In this document: positions 56,995 to 63,060 of the stretch, piece by piece | Position numbering within the stretch: the first letter of the stretch is position 1 | How the letters are laid out: every line of letters starts with the position of its first letter | Assembly (NCBI GenBank): GCA_001871125.1 | Contig: MNXB01000105.1 | Span: 1 to 63,060 of the forward strand | Source of the DNA: Elusimicrobia bacterium CG1_02_37_114 | GTDB lineage: Bacteria > Elusimicrobiota > Endomicrobiia > CG1-02-37-114 | Direction of reading: 5' to 3' | DNA length: 63,060 nucleotides | Position numbers and translations under genes: made by a program | The notes under the pieces: model-generated | Seen by the model: the letters and a program-made list of their open reading frames with translations, nothing else | Told to the model about the DNA's origin: nothing | Databases searched by the model: none

Positions 56995-58314
56995 ATGGTG
57001 AAAATCAAGGGTTTACACACTCAAGAAAGTGTTTTTGAAAGGATTCAACGGCATATTGACTGGATTCTTGTGGGTGCTGTTTTAGCACTTATTATAATCG
57101 GGTTGGTTATGGTCTATTCTGCTACAATACGTTTTGGAAATCCCGGCGTGTATGTAAGCAAACAATTTTTTGGCATAGTTATAGGCATTACCGCTTTGCT
57201 GATTATTATCGGGCTGGACTATGGAATTCTTAAGTCATACTATTATCACATATATGCAGTTTCCATAATTCTTTTGGTCCTTGTATTACTTATCGGGACA
57301 AAAATCCGCGGTACCCGTGCCTGGATTGACCTTGGATATTTTTCTTTTCAACCTTCGGAATTATCTAAATTGTTGTTTATAATTTCACTGGCGGGTTATC
57401 TGGATAAATACTGGCAGAAGATGAATAACTGGCGAAAATTGTGTATTCCATTAATTATGTTAATTGGTAATGTTGGTTTAATATTAATTCAGCCGGATTT
57501 TTCAGGTTCCCTTGTTTATTTCCCTGTATTTTTGGTTATGTTGTATGTGGCAAATACACGGTTATTACATCTTTTAGGGATTGTCTTTTATGCGTTAGTA
57601 ACGCTCAGCATACCTTTATTAAAAACTCTTTTTGGCTGGAAAGTAATTTTGGAAAACCATTTGCATACAGGACTCGGTATTGTTTGTTTTGGATTGCTAT
57701 TAATTTTTATCAGGTGGTTTTTAAAGCGGTGGCGTATATTTGTCCCTGCATTCTATTTTATAAGTATCTTTGCCATTTTTATCTCAGGAGTTGCATCTTC
57801 ATATGTAGTTAACCACAGTTTAAAGGAATATCAAAAAAAACGGTTAGTGGCATTTATTAACCCCCGGATAGACCCCCTTAATACAGGGTATAATATTATA
57901 CAATCAGAGATAGCCATTGGCAGTGGCAGAATCTTTGGTAAGGGGTTGTTTTCGGGTACACAATCACAGTTAGGATTTATCCCTGCGAGACATACGGATT
58001 TTATTTTTTCTTTAATAGCAGAAGAAATGGGTTTTATTTTTTCGCTGGCTGTCATTGGACTTTATATTTTATTACTCTGGCGTATTATTAATGTTGTCAA
58101 GGTCAGCAGTGATAAATACGGTGCCCTTATTGCAGTAGGTGTTCTGGCAATGTTTTCATTTTACGTTATTATTAACATAGGGATGACTTTGAGGCTTATG
58201 CCTGTAACAGGTCTGCCTTTACCGTTCCTGTCATACGGTGGTTCTTCAATTGTTTCTTCCATTATGGCAATAGGAATTTTGCTTTCAATTTATGTCAGGA
58301 GATACGTTTATTAA
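56995..58314 (+). CDS. rodA: Rod shape-determining protein RodA (SEDS family)
   Basis: FQPSELSK, IQPDF, GYNIIQSEIAIGSG, HTDFIF, LPFLSYGGSS. Confidence 0.96.
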   Translation: MVKIKGLHTQESVFERIQRHIDWILVGAVLALIIIGLVMVYSATIRFGNPGVYVSKQFFGIVIGITALLIIIGLDYGILKSYYYHIYAVSIILLVLVLLIGTKIRGTRAWIDLGYFSFQPSELSKLLFIISLAGYLDKYWQKMNNWRKLCIPLIMLIGNVGLILIQPDFSGSLVYFPVFLVMLYVANTRLLHLLGIVFYALVTLSIPLLKTLFGWKVILENHLHTGLGIVCFGLLLIFIRWFLKRWRIFVPAFYFISIFAIFISGVASSYVVNHSLKEYQKKRLVAFINPRIDPLNTGYNIIQSEIAIGSGRIFGKGLFSGTQSQLGFIPARHTDFIFSLIAEEMGFIFSLAVIGLYILLLWRIINVVKVSSDKYGALIAVGVLAMFSFYVIINIGMTLRLMPVTGLPLPFLSYGGSSIVSSIMAIGILLSIYVRRYVY

Positions 58315-58316
58315 AA

Positions 58317-60749
58317 ATGTATAATAAAATCCTGCCGTTTGTAACACGTCCTTCAAGGTATATTAATTCCGAATGGAACTCAATACACAAGAGCCGTTCA
58401 GATATAAAAATATGTTTTTGTTTTCCTGATATGTATGAGGTCGCCATGAGTAACTTAGGTATAGAAATATTATACCATACAGTCAATTCCCGTGACGATG
58501 CAGTCGCAGAGAGGTGTTACTGTCCCGCCACTGATATGGAACAACTGCTTCGTAAGGAAAAAATTCCTCTCCTGAGTTTAGAGTCAAAAACACCTCTCAA
58601 AGATTTTGACATTGTAGGATTTTCACTTCAGCATGAATTATGTTATACAAATGTATTGACAATGCTTGACCTGGCGGACATACCAATTTACAGTCCAGAC
58701 AGGACAGAAACTTCTCCGCTGGTTATTGCAGGCGGGCCCGCCTGCTCTAATCCGGAACCTGCATCGGATTTCTTTGATATAATGGTAATCGGTGAAGGCG
58801 AGGATATAATAAATGAAATAATAACCACAGTCAAACAATCAAAAAAATGTTCCAGAAAGGATTTACTGTTAAACTTAGCGCAGATTGAAGGAGTATACGT
58901 TCCACAGTTTTATGAAGTGGAATACAATACTGACGGAAGAATATCAAAAATTACAAGAAACTTCCAGAACATCCCGGAAAAAATAAAGAAACGCACCGTG
59001 GATTTAAAAACAGCATTCTATCCATTCAGCCCGATTGTCCCCTATGCTCAGATAGTCCACGACAGGCTGAACATAGAAATAAGTCGTGGATGCAGGAACA
59101 ACTGCAGGTTCTGCCAGGCATCAAACCTCTACCGTCCCTGGCGGGAAAGGCCTGTTGAAAAAATCCTGGAAATACTGGAAAACAGTGTTCAAAATACAGG
59201 ATATGAAGAATTAGCATTAACAAGTTTTTCAGTCAGCAGTTATTCAAAAATAGAGGAATTAATCAAATCAGTTAACCGGTATTGCCTTGACAACAACATA
59301 TTCCTCTCGGTTCCTTCATTGAGATGTGATATGAAGTCAGCCAGAATACTTCCATACCTGATATATCCCCACAGGTCAAACATCACCTTCGCCATAGAAA
59401 CAGGCACAGAGAGACTGAGAAAAGTTATCAATAAAGAAATACCTGATGAAGATATTATATCCACTGTCCTGTACACGCGCAAACTTGGCTGGAAATTAAT
59501 AAAACTTTATTTTATGATAGGACTTCCGACTGAAAAAGAAGAAGACATATCAGCTATAGTAGAACTTACGGGTAAAATCCAGCAGAGTGTGCCCGGTATG
59601 AAGTTCAATATCACAATATCGCCCTTTGTTCCGAAATCTCATACGCCGTTTCAGTGGTCAAAAATGGAATCTATGGATTCCCTGATTGACAAGGCAAAAC
59701 TTCTAAAACATAAACTCCACGGTGAAGTCAAAGTCCATGATATAAGAACATCCCTGCTGGAAGCAGTATTCTCAATGGGTGACAGGAAACTTGGCAGTGT
59801 AATATACACAGCATGGAATAACGGCTGTAAGTTTGATATGTGGAAAGAGAAATTTAATTTTGACTTATGGCTTGAAGCGTTTAAAAAGTGCGGTATAGAC
59901 TATGAATTTTATTTACGGGGGTATGATAGCGACGATATGCTCCCCTGGGAGCATATAAACTTCGGACCCGAAAAAAAGGTTTTGTATGAAGAATACGCGA
60001 AAATAGGGACAGCGACCATTTATGGTCATACTTTAGAAAAAACTCCTGTCCCGGATTTGCCTCCTGTCCCAATATCAGGAAACTATAAAAACCTGGAAGG
60101 ACAGTTTTTATACAGGTTACTATTTTCACGAAAGAATGACCTGCGGTTTCTATCACATCTTGAACAGATAGAATTAATCCGTAGATGCATCAAGCGTACA
60201 GGACTGCCTGTCTCATACACTTCCGGGTTCCATCCCCAGATGAAAATATCCTTCGGCACAGCAATATCCGTTGGATATGAGAGCGATACGGAATATGTTG
60301 ATTTGGAACTCTACAAAAAAACAGGTATAGAACAGGTCGCTAAAGAAATCATAAAACAGTTGCCGCAAAACTTCTCATTACTCAAGGTTGAGCAGATACC
60401 GCGTTTTCTGCCTTCATTAGATTCATCGTTCAGCAAAGTAACTTACAAGATAGATTTAAGTTGCTTGAAAGAACAGGTTGATTGGGGAAATATTGGTAAG
60501 ACCGTCCAGAATTTTTTGTCACAGAAAGAAGTTATAATCACAAAAATTAAAGGCGACAGAACAGAATCAATAGATGTAATACCTTTAATTCAGAAACTGG
60601 AGCCAAAAGATAACTACCGGATAGAACTCTCCTTGAAATTCGGCCCTAAAAAGAATGTCAAACCTGAAAAAATCATCCAAAGTCTGCTGAACCTTGATGA
60701 ATCCAGCACGAAACTCCTTAAAATCACCCGCACCACTCTGTTATCCTGA
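58317..60749 (+). CDS. B12-binding-type radical SAM protein (TIGR03960-like) fused to a DUF2344/TIGR03936-like domain
   Basis: FPDMYEVAMSNLG, RGCRNNCRFC (CX3CX2C), FVPKSHTPFQW, second domain LRFLSHL..YTSGFHP. Confidence 0.85.
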   Translation: MYNKILPFVTRPSRYINSEWNSIHKSRSDIKICFCFPDMYEVAMSNLGIEILYHTVNSRDDAVAERCYCPATDMEQLLRKEKIPLLSLESKTPLKDFDIVGFSLQHELCYTNVLTMLDLADIPIYSPDRTETSPLVIAGGPACSNPEPASDFFDIMVIGEGEDIINEIITTVKQSKKCSRKDLLLNLAQIEGVYVPQFYEVEYNTDGRISKITRNFQNIPEKIKKRTVDLKTAFYPFSPIVPYAQIVHDRLNIEISRGCRNNCRFCQASNLYRPWRERPVEKILEILENSVQNTGYEELALTSFSVSSYSKIEELIKSVNRYCLDNNIFLSVPSLRCDMKSARILPYLIYPHRSNITFAIETGTERLRKVINKEIPDEDIISTVLYTRKLGWKLIKLYFMIGLPTEKEEDISAIVELTGKIQQSVPGMKFNITISPFVPKSHTPFQWSKMESMDSLIDKAKLLKHKLHGEVKVHDIRTSLLEAVFSMGDRKLGSVIYTAWNNGCKFDMWKEKFNFDLWLEAFKKCGIDYEFYLRGYDSDDMLPWEHINFGPEKKVLYEEYAKIGTATIYGHTLEKTPVPDLPPVPISGNYKNLEGQFLYRLLFSRKNDLRFLSHLEQIELIRRCIKRTGLPVSYTSGFHPQMKISFGTAISVGYESDTEYVDLELYKKTGIEQVAKEIIKQLPQNFSLLKVEQIPRFLPSLDSSFSKVTYKIDLSCLKEQVDWGNIGKTVQNFLSQKEVIITKIKGDRTESIDVIPLIQKLEPKDNYRIELSLKFGPKKNVKPEKIIQSLLNLDESSTKLLKITRTTLLS

Positions 60750-60979
60750 CCCCGGATGGGGAATTTTCAGCAATAACGAATGAATAATTCTTCGCACCCG
60801 CGGTGAGCCCTACCTGTAAGACAGAAAGAAAAAAGCTGGTTTTGACTTTAAAAATGCTCGAGTCAAAAGAAATTCTTCGCACCCACCCTTTTTAACCCCC
60901 TATCTGATAAGTATAAATACATAGATGACTTTCTGGTAATTAAACAGGTAGAAATTTCCCGGATTTTTTTTGCTACCCC

Positions 60980-61607
60980 TGTTCTTTATCAGATTATTTT
61001 GCACCAATTTTATCAGATTATTTTGCACTGGGAAGACCGTTTTCAATCTGTTTAGCGTGTGAACAGATATTTGTTTAGACAGGATTATTCTATTTCTTTG
61101 GCAGACTGAACGATTACATTATCATCTACTGTATCTTTTTTCATTAGGTAGGCATGAAGTAAACTGATAGATGCAAGTTTATTTATTTTTCTTGGGATTC
61201 CTTTAGATAGGTCATAAATCTTTTCTATAGCAAGTGAACTGAATATAGAACCATCTCCGCCAGCAACTTTTAATCTATGTTTGATGTAATTGAATGTTTC
61301 TTCTTTGTCCATTCCATATAGATGAAATTTTATTCCTACTCTTTGATTAAATGCTTCGTAAGTATCCAGGGAAAGTTTCCTTTTTAGTTCTGATTGACCA
61401 ATAAGAATTATGGTGAGTAATTTATTTGTATTAATCTGATAATTAGTAAGTAAACGAATATTTTCTAATGTATAAGTGGACAAAGTCTGGGCTTCATCAA
61501 TTAACAATATTGGTTCCATATTCAACTCAGCATAACAACGTTCTACCACTTTCTGTAACTGATCTAATAAATTCCTTCTAAACCATTTTGGTTCTTCATT
61601 TCCCAGT
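60980..61607 (-). mobile_element. Remnant of a TG-ended transposon (IS21/Mu-like end) carrying an ExeA-type AAA helper ATPase
   Basis: Terminal TGT followed by two exact 20-bp repeats tttatcagattattttgcac (60985-61004, 61009-61028). Confidence 0.6.
61085..61607 (-). pseudogene. 5'-truncated ExeA/COG3267-like AAA ATPase
   Basis: Walker B LLIDEAQ, ILIGQSEL, SKGIPRKIN; no Walker A; the frame stays open up to the IS3 left end. Confidence 0.75.
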
Positions 61608-61693
61608 TATAATGATCGGGAAAAACTGGACCAAAATTTAGGCTGACTTAAGGTGAAAAAAGTAGTATAATAAAGTCTGAAGGGGGGTCTGGT

Positions 61694-61978
61694 ATGATGC
61701 GGAAGAAATTTGAAGCAGGATTTAAGGCTCGGGTGGCACTGGAATCTGTCAAAGGGGAAAAGACGCTTGCAGAAATAAGTTCCGACTACGGAGTGCATGC
61801 GAATCAGATAAGCAAATGGAAGTATGAGTTACTCAAAGGGGCAGCGCAATTATTTTGCAGAAAAAACGGTAAACAGGACAATGGACAGGAAGAAAAAATA
61901 GAAAAGTTGTATAAGAGTATCGGGGAACTGAAAGTAGAGAATGACTGGCTCAAAAAAAAACTGGATCTTTTGGGCTGA
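61694..61978 (+). CDS. IS3-family OrfA (HTH_Tnp_1)
   Basis: FKARVALE..KTLAEI..GVHANQISKWK, ENDWLKKK. Confidence 0.92.
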   Translation: MMRKKFEAGFKARVALESVKGEKTLAEISSDYGVHANQISKWKYELLKGAAQLFCRKNGKQDNGQEEKIEKLYKSIGELKVENDWLKKKLDLLG

Positions 61979-62892
61979 AAGAACGTAAAACGCTCATTGA
62001 CAGACAAGACAATTGTTTCAGTCTCAGGAAACAAAGTGAAATACTTGGGATAAACTGGTCAACGCTGTACTACAAACCAGTAGAGATAAGCGAGCTGGAC
62101 CGGGAAATGATGAATCTTCTGGACAAACAGTATACGGAAACACCGTTTTACGGAGTCCGGAAGATGAAAAAGTTTCTCCGCAGGAAAGGATTCAGGGTCG
62201 GCAATGCTCATGTGCGGACGTTATTGCGTAAAATGGGACTTTTTGCTGTATTTGCCAAGCCAAATACGTCAAAACCGCATCCGGAACACGCTGTGTATCC
62301 GTACTTATTGAAAGACGTGACAGTGGAAAGACCGAATCAGGTATGGAGTGCGGATATAACTTACATCCGTCTGGCACAGGGTTTTGCATATCTGGTAGCA
62401 GTAATAGACTGGTGCAGTCGTGCGGTGTTGAGTTGGCGGCTATCGAACACACTGGATAGTAGTTTTTGCGTAGAGGTATTGGAAGAAGCGCTGTGTAGAT
62501 ATGGCTGTCCGGAAATATTTAATAGCGACCAAGGTAGCCAGTTTACGAGCAATGACTTCGTAAGCAAATTGACAGGAGCGAATATTTCAATCAGTATGGA
62601 TGGCAGAGGCAGGGCATTTGACAATATATTTGTAGAACGGCTCTGGCGTTCCGTGAAGTATGAGTGTATATATTTGAATGGTTACCAGAATATCCCGGAT
62701 GCACGGGAAGGATTAAAAAACTATTTTGAGTTTTATAATAACGAACGGTTTCATCAGACACTGGATTACAGAACGCCTTGGGAAGTTTATGCTGGCGGAA
62801 ACAACAGGTATAAAACCCTTACCGTCCCTGTGAAAATTGATTGTAGGTCAAATGCGTGCGAGTTTCAAAGTGTTGTGGCAGTAGGAAATTAA
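61951..62892 (+). CDS. IS3-family OrfB DDE transposase, probably reached by -1 frameshift at the A9 run (61952-61960)
   Basis: WSADITY, NSDQGSQF, DNIFVERLWRSVKYE; the -1 frame is open from the A9 run. Confidence 0.9.
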   Translation, partial: QKKTGSFGLKERKTLIDRQDNCFSLRKQSEILGINWSTLYYKPVEISELDREMMNLLDKQYTETPFYGVRKMKKFLRRKGFRVGNAHVRTLLRKMGLFAVFAKPNTSKPHPEHAVYPYLLKDVTVERPNQVWSADITYIRLAQGFAYLVAVIDWCSRAVLSWRLSNTLDSSFCVEVLEEALCRYGCPEIFNSDQGSQFTSNDFVSKLTGANISISMDGRGRAFDNIFVERLWRSVKYECIYLNGYQNIPDAREGLKNYFEFYNNERFHQTLDYRTPWEVYAGGNNRYKTLTVPVKIDCRSNACEFQSVVAVGN

Positions 62893-63060
62893 ATATTTTG
62901 TAAAATTTCAAAAAACGGTCGATTCGCTCATTGAAAAGTTTCACCTTAACAAACCTTACAAATTGGTCTTGACAAACCCATACACTTTAGACTATATTTG
63001 TTATCATAGGTTATTTCTATACAGTTTTACGAATAAGTTTTATGTTTAGAGCGGATATAT

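Larger units (their letters stand above)
61608..62989 (+). mobile_element. IS3-family insertion sequence (ends approximate)
   Basis: orfA plus orfB; imperfect IRs sharing ggg..gaccaa..ttaaggtgaaa; no target duplication seen. Confidence 0.88.

Noticed and set aside
24382-59482. Many minus-strand ORFs opposite rpoBC, tuf, ribosomal protein and mre genes
   Set aside because: Antisense shadows of well-supported genes.
58950-60749. Apparent shift to C-richer third positions in the radical SAM gene
   Set aside because: An impression only; not quantifiable by eye.
63029-63038. acgaataagt matching the element G loop
   Set aside because: The flanks do not pair and the second hairpin is absent.

Overview
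AT-rich bacterial chromosomal window. The lineage is probably an uncultured Elusimicrobiota-like one; this is an inference from SecY, EF-Tu and 16S features and was not database-checked. From left to right: two AAA_14/DUF4143 ATPases; HU; an AlaC-like aminotransferase; hom; an isolated V-ATPase B-D pair; a divergent panC/HAMP/nadX cluster; glgE-glgM; one rRNA operon (16S, tRNA-Ile, tRNA-Ala, 23S, 5S); rplJL-rpoBC-str-S10-spc-alpha; mreBC-[DUF4062 gene]-mreD-mrdA-rodA-radical SAM; and nested IS remnants at the right end. The 23S gene carries two group I introns, at L1917 and L1931, separated by a 14-nt exon; each encodes a LAGLIDADG endonuclease. The most unusual signal is a set of small modular palindromic elements. 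One ~61-nt two-hairpin element occurs three times with conserved loops, and the inner and outer stems share little sequence between copies: in-frame in glgE, inside a group I intron, and at a gene end. Other families supply stop codons to core genes (rpoC and rpsQ both end in GDAT*). A CCGAT..ATCGG hairpin caps several rRNA helices and intron helices and forms an insertion in L4.
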